A stretch of 64,000 bases of DNA from the human T2T-CHM13v2.0 reference genome, Homo sapiens. The DNA lies in the NCBI RefSeq assembly GCF_009914755.1, contig NC_060928.1. The stretch is one strand, 5' to 3'. Each line of letters begins with the position of its first letter. Position 1 is the stretch's first letter. Shown piece after piece: positions 16,821 through 29,803 of the stretch. The notes under the pieces were generated by a model. The model saw only the letters and a list, made by a program, of their open reading frames with translations. It did no database searches and was not told the DNA's origin. The position numbers and the translations under genes were made by a program.

Positions 16821-17539
16821 AAGTCTAAAGTTCAAAAAAAAAAAACCTGGGGAAATATTTTAATGACAGAATAAAAATAAAGCAAATAACTAATCTAAAA
16901 GCATGACAAACATCTGTATGTCTTAATTACATGAAGAATGTTTCTCAAAACATGATAAATTGTAGTTTTATTGCCATGTTGTACATTTAGAAGGCAATTT
17001 TCCAACCAAAACAAAAAACAAAGGCGGAGTTCCAATTTCAAAGGACAGAGATCTGCTATAAAAAGTAAAAATATGAATTACATTGAAAGATTATTTTTGA
17101 TAAACTATCGAATGGCCTGCATCATCAGAATTCATTTCAAAATGTGAAAACTGGAACAAGACTAGATTCACTCATAAGATTATTAATATATTTTTTGACT
17201 CCCAAGTTTCATAACATAAATACTGCATAAACCTAATGTCAACTATACCAAAATAATGAGCCTATCATAATGCTTTGAAAATTCTTCAGACTTCATGAGT
17301 TTATGTTAAGGAATGAAATTATCTCATTACTTGCTTCTTTGTCAGTCTTCTTCATTTCTTTCTCATTAAGGGTCCTTCCTCCATGTTACCCATCATTTCA
17401 CTGCCTATATGCAACACAGGAACCTCTAAACACATGGATTTCCAGTTAAATGCATTTCTTGCTTTCCAGGATCTGGGCGGCAGGACACCCTACGGCTAAA
17501 TATAGAAGCTAGAGACATACTCCTTTGGGGAAATCCACT

Positions 17540-18333
17540 GTCAACCTTTTATTCGTAAAGGAAAACCACTTCTTTACTTATAACACTAACAAAAAAAAAA
17601 AGTATGGGTTTTCCACACCAATAATTGCCTAATTCTCTCCAGACACCAACTGGGTGCCATATAATTTAATTCCATTCCGACACTAACTACCCTGGGTTAA
17701 GGCAGGCCGCACAGGGTAAGGACTCAGTCCAACAAGATTGCCTCCCACTTCAGACACGAATCACAAATGCCGGGCTTCACATGCTGACAGACCAGCTACA
17801 AATCTGGGGTTCCCTCCTCACGTTTGGTAATTTGCTAGCATAGTTCACCAGAACTCAGGAAAAGTGGTTTGCTTGCTATTACCAGTTTATTATGAAGGAT
17901 TCAACTGTGGAACAGCCAGATGGAACAGATGCACAGGGCAAGGTATGAGAAGAGGGGCAGATGGCCCCAGTAACACCCTGGGTGCACCACCCTCCCAGGA
18001 CTTCCCAACCTGGGAGTTGAACAAACCTCACTGTTCGAGAGTTTTTATAGAGCTTAATATCTAGCCCCTCTTACTCTCCTTCCCAGAGGTTGGTGGCTGG
18101 GACTGAAGCTTCCAGCCTCTGATGGCTTGGTCCTTTTGGTGGCCAGCTCAACCCTGAGGCTATCCAGGGGCCCCACCCTAGGTTACCTCATTAGGAAAAA
18201 TTCAGATGTGATCAAAAGCAGCTCCTTACAAATAACAAAAGACATTATTATTACTCAAGAAATTCCAAGGGTTTTAGGGGCTCTGTGACAGCAACTGGGG
18301 ATAAAGTGCAAATATATTTCTTATTATACTACA
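17540..18333 (-). mobile_element. MER21-type solo LTR
   Basis: The reverse complement begins TGTAGTATAATAAGAAATATATTTGC...CTAAAACCCTTGGAATTTC, as recalled for the MER21 start. Confidence 0.7.
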
Positions 18334-18668
18334 ATTAGGTACTCAACATGAGCAAATTACTTCAATACTCTAAATATTCTTTTACAGATGAGGTGACAAT
18401 ACCACAATTAGATATGAATAGATAGATATAATAATGCTACAAACCTTATAGGAGTACCCTGAGAATTAAGAGAAATTTAGGAAAAGGAATTGGCATAAGT
18501 GCTTAATAAATGTCCATCATTATCATTGTTACCATTATTAAATGTATTACCTCTTTGGAGACTGCCTATAATAAGTTCCATTAAAAATACAGAAAGAATA
18601 TTGAGTTAGTGATTTTGAGAATTAAAACAAGAAATCAGGACAAAAAATGAGTTATTAATGTCAATTAC

Positions 18669-19010
18669 CTCCTTGGAAAAAGTTTGGTTTCTGTCTGTGC
18701 TTTCCATAGTATATGCATAAAATCTGAGAGTATCAGATTCATGCCCTGATGAAAGCACAACATTGACTTTCATTCCCCAGGAATGTATGATTAGGAAGTT
18801 AAAAAGGTACGTTTGTAAATCACTCAGGCCTTCCTCTGAAACTATCAGAAAATACGGGTAATGCTGTTCCAAGAATAACTTCCAATCTTGTGATAAGCAT
18901 CCAGAAAACTCCGTTTGCACATCAATGTTAGTATTGTGTTGAAGGTGGAGAATTAAAGCGGTCCTCAATGAAAGAAGTTCAGGAAAATCAAAATATGCAT
19001 ATTCAGCATC
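18669..19010 (-). CDS. DDX60L: DDX60L exon 5 (342 nt; DAEYAYFDFPELLSLRTALILHLQHN...NQTFSKE)
   Basis: Acceptor caccacag|GAT, donor GAG|gtaatt. Matches ORF 18606..18968. Confidence 0.95.
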
Positions 19011-19419
19011 CTGTGGTGAGAAAAAGAAACAAGCACATCATTTTCAAATCTTCCTTTACTTATTTGTTAATTTTGTTGCTTACAGCACAAAGCTATACAG
19101 GACTGAACTCATGTGATCTAATTGTTTTGCTCAAGGGCCTTAAACTTGACTCCTTTCACAAGTGCATGCCACAGGTCAAAATGTGGATTATATAGATTCA
19201 TCTCTTTTATTTGAGCAGGCATACACTACCACTTCACTTCTAATTCTTTTACTATCTATGTTCAAATAGGGATTAAAGTAGCAAGTGGATAGATGTATTT
19301 CATCTGAATTGAGAAGCTGATGTGAATCACTATTAGTAGATAAAAATGTAACATTCCAGGTGATGTGTCTCCTCCCTAAATAATGTAAGTCTTTTCTTGG
19401 CAAATCAAAATTTCTATTT

Positions 19420-20580
<1,161 letters not shown>

Positions 20581-21374
20581 TGTTTTTAAATGATATTGAC
20601 ACTCTAGCCTACTAGACTGTCATAATTTAAAAAGAACCCTGACTTTTCTATAGGTATCAATCAAAACACTGCTTTCACTTTTAATGGTGCCAAAACTAAC
20701 CCCCACCCCAAAAAAATCCTATGTATAAAGATTGAACAAATATAGACTAGAATTCTTAGGAGTAAAACAACAATTGCTTCTAGGAGTAGGATGAGGGAAT
20801 GGGCTCATAATATACTTTTGTATTTGGGTTGAGATTTGTTAAAATTGGAAGCCATTCAATCTGTAATTTTTAAAAACCATAGTATAATACACTGTTGAGG
20901 ATGTTTATATAGATCAATCCAAATAAGGATAGTGCCTCTATTGATTTGCCATTCTACTGGAATGTAAATACAATTTCTTCTCAGTTTTGATCCTAAAGTG
21001 CTTCCTAGAATTTAAGCATACAAAATCAGAGAGCAAAGAAAGATGGTTGAGGGAAGTCTCCTCCTACCTCATGTTCCTAGGTGTCCTTAAAATAAGTATC
21101 TATTGTTGCAAATAAAAATTAATTTTAGCTATCAACTACTCTGACTTAATGACATTTCTAGAAGATTATATTCAAGAACTGTAGAATATATATTATTTCC
21201 AAGAACACATGGTACATTCACCAAAATAAGCCATGTATTGGACGTCAAAACAAGTCCCAATAGATGTTTAAATTATTGAAATTATACAGAAATATTTTCT
21301 TCAACCACAATGGAATTAAATTAGAAATCAATAACACATCTAGAAAAAACAAGAATTTATACATTAAAACAATA

Positions 21375-22918
21375 GTTTTTTAATTTTTAAAATCATCCTT
21401 AAGTGACTTTATAATTGTATTTTTTTTTTTTTTTTGGTAGAAACAGGATCTCACTTTGTTATTCACACTGGTCTTGTACTCTTGGCTTCAAATGATCCTC
21501 CCCATTCAGCCTCTCAAAGTGTTGTTATTACACATGTGAACCACCTCACCTGGACTAATTGCACATATCTATGGAGTACAGGGTGATATTTTGATATATA
21601 TGTATACAATGCATAATGATCAAATCAGAGTAATTAGCATATTGATCACATCAGACACAATTATTTGTGTGTGTGCGTGTGTTGGAAACATGCCAAATCT
21701 GCTCTTCTAACTATGTGAAAAAATGCAATAAATTACTGTTAATTATATCCACCCTATGGTGCAATAATGTCCTCCAAGATCATCATGTTGCCACAAATGA
21801 CCGAATTTTGTTTTTTATAGCCAAATAGTATTATATAGTGTATATATACACCACATTTTCTTTATCCATTCATGTGTTGATGAACACTTAGTTTGTTTCC
21901 ATATGTTGGCTATGTAAATAGTGTTTCAATAAACACAGGACAGCAGATATCTCTTTAACATACTGATTTCCTATCCTTTGAATATATATCTAGTAGTGGA
22001 GTTGCTGGTTCATATAGTAATTCCTTTTTGTGTTTTTTGAGGAACCTCCATACTGTTTTCCATAATTACTGAATTAATTCAAATTCATACCAGCAGCATA
22101 TGAGTTCCCCTTTCTCTACATCCTTACTAGCATTTTTTTTTTTGTCTTTTTGACAACAGCTATTCTAATGGGGTGAGATGCTATCTTATTATGGTTTGGA
22201 TTTGCATTTCTCCGATGATTAATAATGTTGACTATGCTTTCATACATGTGTTGGCTATTTGTATGTCTTCTATTGAGAGATGCCTATTCAGCTCACTTGC
22301 CCACATTTTAATTGGATTATCTTTTTTTTCTTTTGCTATTGAGATGTTTGAGTTCCCTGCATATCCTGGATATTAATTCCTTGTAGGATAAATACTGACA
22401 AATATTCTTCCCATTCTGAAGGTGTCTCTTTACTCTGTTGATTATTTCCTTTCCTGTGCGGAAACTTTTTAGTTTGATATAATCCCATTTGTCTACTTTT
22501 GCTTTTGCTACCTGTGCTTCTGAAGTCTTCTCCATAAGATCTTCACACTAACCAATGTCCTGAAGCCTTTCCCCTATGTTTTTTTCTAATAGTTTCATAG
22601 TTTTGGGTCCTACATTTAAGTCCTCAATCCATTTTGAATTGATTTTTTAATATAGTGAAAGTGAGGGTTCAGTTTCATTTTCCTGCATATGAATATCCAA
22701 TTTCCTGAGCACCATTTACTGAAGACACTGTCCTTTCCCCAGTGAACGTTCTTGATATGTTTTTGTCAAAAATCATTTGGCTGTAAATACATGAATTTAT
22801 TTTTGGGTTCTCTATTCTGTTCCACTGGTCCAACTGTGTTTTTATGCCAGTACCATGCTGTTTGGGTTACTAGAGCTTTGTGGAATACTTTGAAATCTAG
22901 TAGTGAAATACCCCCAGC
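21375..22918 (-). mobile_element. L1MA-type 3' fragment with nested Alu monomer (21420-21555, minus)
   Basis: ORF 22317..22535(-) is L1 ORF2-like. L1MA 3'UTR in reverse. ttaaaacaa flanking repeat. Confidence 0.8.
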
Positions 22919-23332
22919 TTTTAAAACAACAAATTTCTAAATAATCCACCAGTCAAAGAAAAAAGAATCACAAGAGATGTTAGAAATTATTTCTAATTAA
23001 ATGGTAAAGAAAAAACCATTAGATGCAAATTTGTGATATGTAGCTAAAACAGAGCTTACAAGAAAAATTTTACTGTTCATAAATAGAAAATAAAAAAGAT
23101 CTTAGCTTAAAATTTCAATTTATGAAGTTAGTGGAAAAAAGAGTAAGGAAAATCCAAGAGAAACAAATAAAGACAAGAGTAGAAATCAGTGAAATTAAAA
23201 AAAAGACAATACAGAAAATTAACAAAGTGAAAAAAGCTAGGTCTTTGAAAACATCAGCAAAATTGATAAATCACTAACTAGATTAATCAAGAAGAGGGAC
23301 GACACAACTTAGCAATATAAAGGATAAATGAG

Positions 23333-24440
23333 GGCAGAAGAAAATGGAAATTATCACAATAGAGAATCTGTGAGGCTTTGTCACATACAGTAGATGATAT
23401 TATGGCTTTCACACATTTTTTAAAAAGTTAACTCCTTATTTTCCCTTAGCAGTATATCAGGTTATAGAATCAGAGATACAACAATGACAAATTACATTTC
23501 AATTTGTAAAATTATGTGATGATATTTATCATTCGAAAATAGAGGAATAAAAATCTGTCCTCATTTCACCAGATGTGAATTTCAAGTAGAGCAGTTGCTA
23601 TTAAGAGTTGGTGCATGTTTCTGACCAGTCCCCTCCTGTTATGGCATCACTGGTTGTCACTAGCAGCTAGCCAAAAAATAAAGTCTTATTTTGCTGTATT
23701 AGTCAGGATTTCTGCAGTTTATGTTTAAAAACTGGTTTAGAGTATCCAGGTGATGGATATATGGTCCACGTATCCCCTTTTGGTAAGCTATAGTTACAAT
23801 CTGTGTGCTTTGTTGCCTGCTACACAGAAAGCAGCAGATAATCAAAGATTTAAGGGACACAGACAGCTGCCAATTCACAAAATGAGAGTGTAACATGAAA
23901 GCTTTTTAGAGGTTTTTTGTTTGTGTTCTAACAAAACATGTTAGAACACGTTTTGTTAGAATACGTGTTGCTTTTGTAGTGTTCTTCTTTTCCTTAAGAC
24001 AGGAATCAAGCTTACATATAAACTGTTGGTAATTTTAGTTTCCTTCTGTGTTATTCAGTGTAAAACTGCATAATCTGAAAATGAATGAAAAAATAAATAT
24101 TTAGTGGCTAGGCACAGTGGCTCATGCCTGTAATCCCAACACTCTGGGTGGCCAAGATAGGTGGATTGCTTGACCTTGGGAGTTGGAGACTAGCCTGTAC
24201 AACTCAGCAAGACCCCATCTTTATAAAAAATACAAAAATTAGCCAACCATGCTGCCACATGCCTGTAGTCCCAGCTACTCAGGAGGCTGAGGTGGGAGGT
24301 TCACTTGAGCCCAGGACACAGAGGTTACAGTGTGCCAAAATCATGCTACTGCTATGTTGCAGCCTGGGAGACAGAGTGAGACCCTGTTTCAAATTTTAAA
24401 AAAAGAAAATTTAGTTTCCATTCCAAAAAAAAAAAAAAAA
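23333..24440 (+). pseudogene. Unidentified polyadenylated retrocopy (3'UTR-like), interrupted by an AluJ
   Basis: Non-L1 sequence splitting the L1M. AATAAA at 24092; A16 at 24425-24440, 17 nt downstream once the Alu and one TSD copy are removed. Confidence 0.65.
24106..24403 (+). mobile_element. AluJ
   Basis: Dimeric Alu; TSD ...atttagt. Confidence 0.9.
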
Positions 24441-24805
24441 TGAAAGAAGGAGCTAACTAACACTAACATCACTACAAATCTTTAGGCAATAAGAGGAAAA
24501 TAAGAGAATATTATAGGCAACTTTATGCCAAAACATTAGACAACTTAGATAAGGCGGGCAAATCCCTTGACATATACAATTAACAAAACTGACACAAGAT
24601 AAAACAGAAAGTCTAAATGGCCCTATATTTATTAAAGAAATTGACTTTGTTATCAAAAATTTTCTTCCAAGGAAAACTCTAGACCCAAATGGTTTCACAG
24701 GAAAATTTGATCAAATTTTATCAAATTCGTCTGAGGAAATAATACCAATCTCATAAAGACTTTTTCAGAAAATAGAAGAGGAAAATGGACTTTTCAACAC
24801 ATTCA

Positions 24806-25190
<385 letters not shown>

Positions 25191-26590
25191 GTAAAATTAC
25201 AGATTAATGTTTTTCATGACTATATACCAAAAACACTTAAAATATTAGCAAATCAAACCCAGCAATATATTAAAGAAAGGATATCTATCATGACCAACTA
25301 AGGTTTTCCCAGGAATAAAAGATTGAATTAATATTTAAAAATCACTTAATGTAATCTACCAAATTAAGAAAGTAAAAGAGGAAAGGTGTATCAGAGTTTC
25401 CATAAATGTAGAAAAAGCATTTTTTAAAATGTAACACCTATTAATTATAGAAACTCTCAGAAAACCTAAAATAAGAAGAAATTTTCTCAATTTGATAATG
25501 GATATATGTAAAATAACTACAGCTAATATGATACCTAGTAGGGAAATAATGGATACTTTCCCTTTAAGATCAAGAACCAGGTAAAGATTCCCACTCACTC
25601 TACTTCAGCATTTCTAGAGGTGCCAATCACTGTAATAAGGCAAGAAAAAGCAATTAAAAAATAAAATTGGAAAATAAGAAATAAGCATGTATTTATTCAC
25701 TGAAGACATTAAAAAATCTAAGAAATATACAAATAAGCCACTGAAATTAATAAGTTGTTTTAATAAGATTGCAGGATACCAGTTAACAAACAAAAATCAA
25801 TTCTACTTCTATATACAAGCAGCAAAAACTAAAAAATTATTTTTAAAAATTCAATTTACGGTAAGATCAAAACATGAAATATCTTGAAATAGATTTAGCA
25901 AAAGATGTGCAACGCCTCCACACTGAAGACTACAAAACTGATAAAATAAATTAGAGATCTTAAAAAACAGAGATACATATTGTGTTCACTAACTGAAAGA
26001 CTATATTGGTCTACAAATTTAATGAATATCATTAAAATCCCATCGTTCTTTTTAAATAGAAATTGGCAAGCTGATTCTAAAATTCGTGTGGAAATGCAGA
26101 GAACCTAGAATAGCCAAAGTTAAACAAAGAAGAACAAAGTGGGCTTCAAGATTTACTATAAAATTACACAAATCAGGACATTGTGGTACTGGTAATTTGT
26201 TAAATCCTTTGATGGAACATAGTAGAAAGCCCAGAAATGGACCTACACATATATAATCATTTGATTTTTGATGAAGAAACCAAAGCAATCCACTGGTAGA
26301 AGAAAAATGTTCTCAACAATGGATGCTGGAACAAATCAACCTCAATCCCCCATTCACACCACAAACACACAAAAATTAATTCAAGAAATATCATAGACCA
26401 AAATGCAAAAGCTGAAACTACATACTTCTAGAATTATTAATAAATATAGGAAAATATCTTTGTGACTAAGAGATAGGCAATGATTCTTATCAGGATACAG
26501 GCACAATAACCATTAAAGAATAATAAGTTAGATTTCACCAAAATTAAAATATCTGGTCATCCAAAGATAGTACTAAGAAAACGAAGTGGC

Positions 26591-26875
26591 AGCCGGGCAC
26601 GGTGGCTGATGCCTGTAATCCCAGCACTTTGGGAAGCAGAGGCGGGTAGATCACGAGGTCCGGAGATCGAGACCATCCTGCTAACACGATGAAACCCCAT
26701 GTCTACTAAAAATACAAAAAAATTAGCCGGGCATGGTAGTGCATGCCTGTAGTTCCAAGTACTTAGGAGGCTGAGGCAGGAGAATGGCATGAACCCGGGA
26801 GGCAGAGGTTGCAGTGAGCCAAGATTGCGCCACTGCACTCCAGCCTACGTGACAGAGCGAGACTCTGTCTCAAAA
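26591..26875 (+). mobile_element. AluY/AluSc-like with very short tail
   Basis: gatcacgaggtc...gagatcgagaccatcctg; TSD aaaa(c/t)gaagtg. Confidence 0.88.
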
Positions 26876-27584
26876 TGAAGTGACAAGCCACAGACTGGGA
26901 AAATATATTTGCAATAATATACATGACAAGAGGTTGTATACAGAACATATCAAGAACTACTACAACTCAATATTAAAAAGATAAAGAACCCAATTTAAAA
27001 TGGTCAAAAGATACGAGCAGATGCTTCACAAGTCATAGTATACAAATGAACAATAAGCACTTGAAAAAGTAGGCAACATCATTAGCCATTTGATAAATAC
27101 CAATTAAAACACAGGGACATAACACTACACATCCACCAGAATGGCTGGACTGACCAAATACAAATGTTTGCAACTACACAGGGCACCAGAACTGTTATTC
27201 ATTGCTGGAGTGAGTGTAAAGGGGCACAACTACCTTAGGAAAAGCTTTGGCAGTTTTATAAAACATATATTTCAACCACAGATACATGCACAAGGAAAAT
27301 AAAAACTTACGTCCACACGAAGACTTGCATGTGAATGCACATAGTAGCTTTATTCATCTAGGCAAGATATTGAAAGAGATTGCTCAACAGGAAAGTGTCC
27401 ACTCAACAAGAAAATGGGTAAACAAACCGTGGCACATTTCTACAATAAAACCTTACTCAAAAGTGATAAAAGGAACAAAATACCACTGCACATAACAAAA
27501 TGGATGCCTCTCAAAAATATTATGTTGAATGAAAGGTTTATACAAAGAGTTCATACTGTAAAATTCTATTTATTAAAAGTTCTA

Positions 27585-27853
<269 letters not shown>

Positions 27854-28402
27854 CTACAACAGGCAAAACTCAAGAAGGCAATAGAAAGGATTTAAACAGT
27901 GGTTGCTTCTAGGGGATGGGATGAGGATGGACTGGGCAGGGGCATGAGAAGACGTATTGTGGAACAAGAGTTTGGGTTACACGTGCATGCGTGTGTCAAA
28001 ACTCAATGTACTGGTAAATACTATGCACGTGCCAAAGATCGTTAAATGGCATTAGGTTGGAGCAAAACTTTTTGTAACACATTTAAGATCTGTGCATTTT
28101 ATTTCATGTAAATTTTACCATCAAAAAAACCTGCAAATAAGTACCGAACTCTAGTTAATGGCATGTATGATGAAGTGTTTCAGAGTTAAATGTAATGTCT
28201 ACAACTATTTTGAAACGTACCCCCAAAATAAAAGGATTGACAGGTGAATAAAGGCATGGATAAGCTTACAGATATATGAAGAAGTAAGTAAAATAAAATG
28301 TAATTGTAGGATTTAGATGGTGGGATATAGATATTTGCTCTACAACCTTTCAACTTACCTGTATTTGAAATTTTATAATAAAATATTGAAACTTAAAGAA
28401 TG

Positions 28403-28533
28403 GGCTTGCTGGTGCTTACCACAGGCTGAATTCTTACACTGACTATATAGAAAAGGAGGTAGAGTAAACCTACCCAATATACCCCTCAGCCCAGGCTCTG
28501 TGCCTGATCTATATTGTGAATGTGGGAACATAG
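28403..28533 (+). ncRNA. SNORA51: SNORA51 (ACA51) H/ACA snoRNA retrocopy
   Basis: Close match to recalled ACA51 (ctggtgcttaccacaggctg...gaggtagagtaaacctacc...gaacatag). H box AGAGTA, ACA 3 nt from the end, A-rich tail, TSD taaagaatgg at 28394-28403 and 28567-28576. Confidence 0.88.
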
Positions 28534-28740
28534 AGTTGAGGGAAGAAAATTTAATAAAATAAAAAATAAAGAATGGTTATCTCTGAGTAGTGAAATTATG
28601 GGTAATTTTTTCTTTTGTTAACCTGTCTTTTTATATTTTCTATGATGACATGCTTCATTTTAGGTCAAAGGCTCTTTAGGTTAAGACATTTCAGTTATAG
28701 TCTTCAAAGGACTAAAACGACATCAATCATCATATATTAC

Positions 28741-28930
28741 CTTAAAGAAAACTATGGTGAATTGTCCTCCGTTACTCAGAAGATCCACAAGATAGCATTC
28801 AACCAGATAGAAAAAGTGGAGATTCTGTCCCCACTTGAATGATTTTACACCCAGGCATGTGACAAGCAAGGAATCTCCATCAATCACAAAAAAATTAGAT
28901 TCCACAAAATCATTTAATATGCTGGAATAC
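28741..28930 (-). CDS. DDX60L: DDX60L exon 4 (190 nt; YSSILNDFVESNFFVIDGDSLL...FTIVFFK)
   Basis: Acceptor ttttag|G, donor AAG|gtaata. Inside ORF 28723..28962. Confidence 0.95.
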
Positions 28931-29448
28931 CTAAAATAAAAATCAAAGAGAATAAAAATCACAGATGTTTCACAGAGACTTTGTTGCTGTTGTTGTTACT
29001 ATTATTGCATAAGCTACTGTTGGTTGAGTACCTCATGCCAGTCCATGATGCCTTTTCAAATACCTCATTTAAGCAACTGTCCTTTATAAGAAGGAGATAG
29101 CACAATTACTATTTTATTAAAATAAAATTAGGCTCAGAGAGGCAAAGGAAATTATCCAATGCTAAATGGCAGAGCCAGGATTTGAACTTGAGAATATGAT
29201 TCTAAAGGCTGTTATTCTGGATAAGGACATATATAACTCCCAGCTCCATGAATCTGATTGTTTTAGGAAACAATCTGTTCAGTGACAGCTAAGACAACTA
29301 TAGGAAGAAGAGTGCGTTCCCATCATCTCCAAGCTGCTCCAAGATAAATAGGTTGAGTGATCATGTATATGTATATGGGTTAAGAGGGATGTGGAAACAC
29401 AGAGCATACAATAGTATAGCTCCTTCTTTTTTACTTCGCAGTACTTAC

Positions 29449-29518
29449 CCAGCTTTTGGCATTTCATTCAAAATTAACTGTGTCATTTCCCTGAAAAATA
29501 CTGCATGATCCTTTGACC
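29449..29518 (-). CDS. DDX60L: DDX60L exon 3 (70 nt; GSKDHAVFFREMTQLILNEMPKAG)
   Basis: Acceptor tttttag|GG, donor TGG|gtaagt. Confidence 0.92.
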
Positions 29519-29689
29519 CTAAAAATAAGGAGATTTTTTGAGCCATCAATATTTTTACACAGCTATATAATTTAGTAATTATTAAGGAAATGAAATATAG
29601 ACATCCAATTACTTTGTAACATTATTGAATCTGAATATCTTACAAGATTGTTGCTTTATAGGCTACAAATATCAAAGATTGAGAATTAC

Positions 29690-29803
29690 CCATCGTTGCT
29701 GCTTCTTGGGCTACAGGGTAGAAGAGTAGAGCTGGAATTTATTAAATATGGCTGATTTATTTTGACACCTCTAAAATGGCTACATTTGATGTGAATGGCA
29801 CCT
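29690..29803 (-). CDS. DDX60L: DDX60L exon 2 (5'UTR plus first 4 coding nt; ATG at 29693-29691)
   Basis: Acceptor ttattacag|, strong Kozak aacgATGG, donor G|gtaatt. Phase 1 fits exon 3. Confidence 0.88.

Noticed and set aside
16643-16874. Low-complexity GRKE-repeat ORFs (also at 35937-36243 and 56112-56390)
   Set aside because: Products of microsatellites.
28030-28075. ttaggttggagcaaaa resembling a MADE1/Hsmar1 terminal repeat
   Set aside because: Only ~16 bp with a mismatch and no partner repeat.
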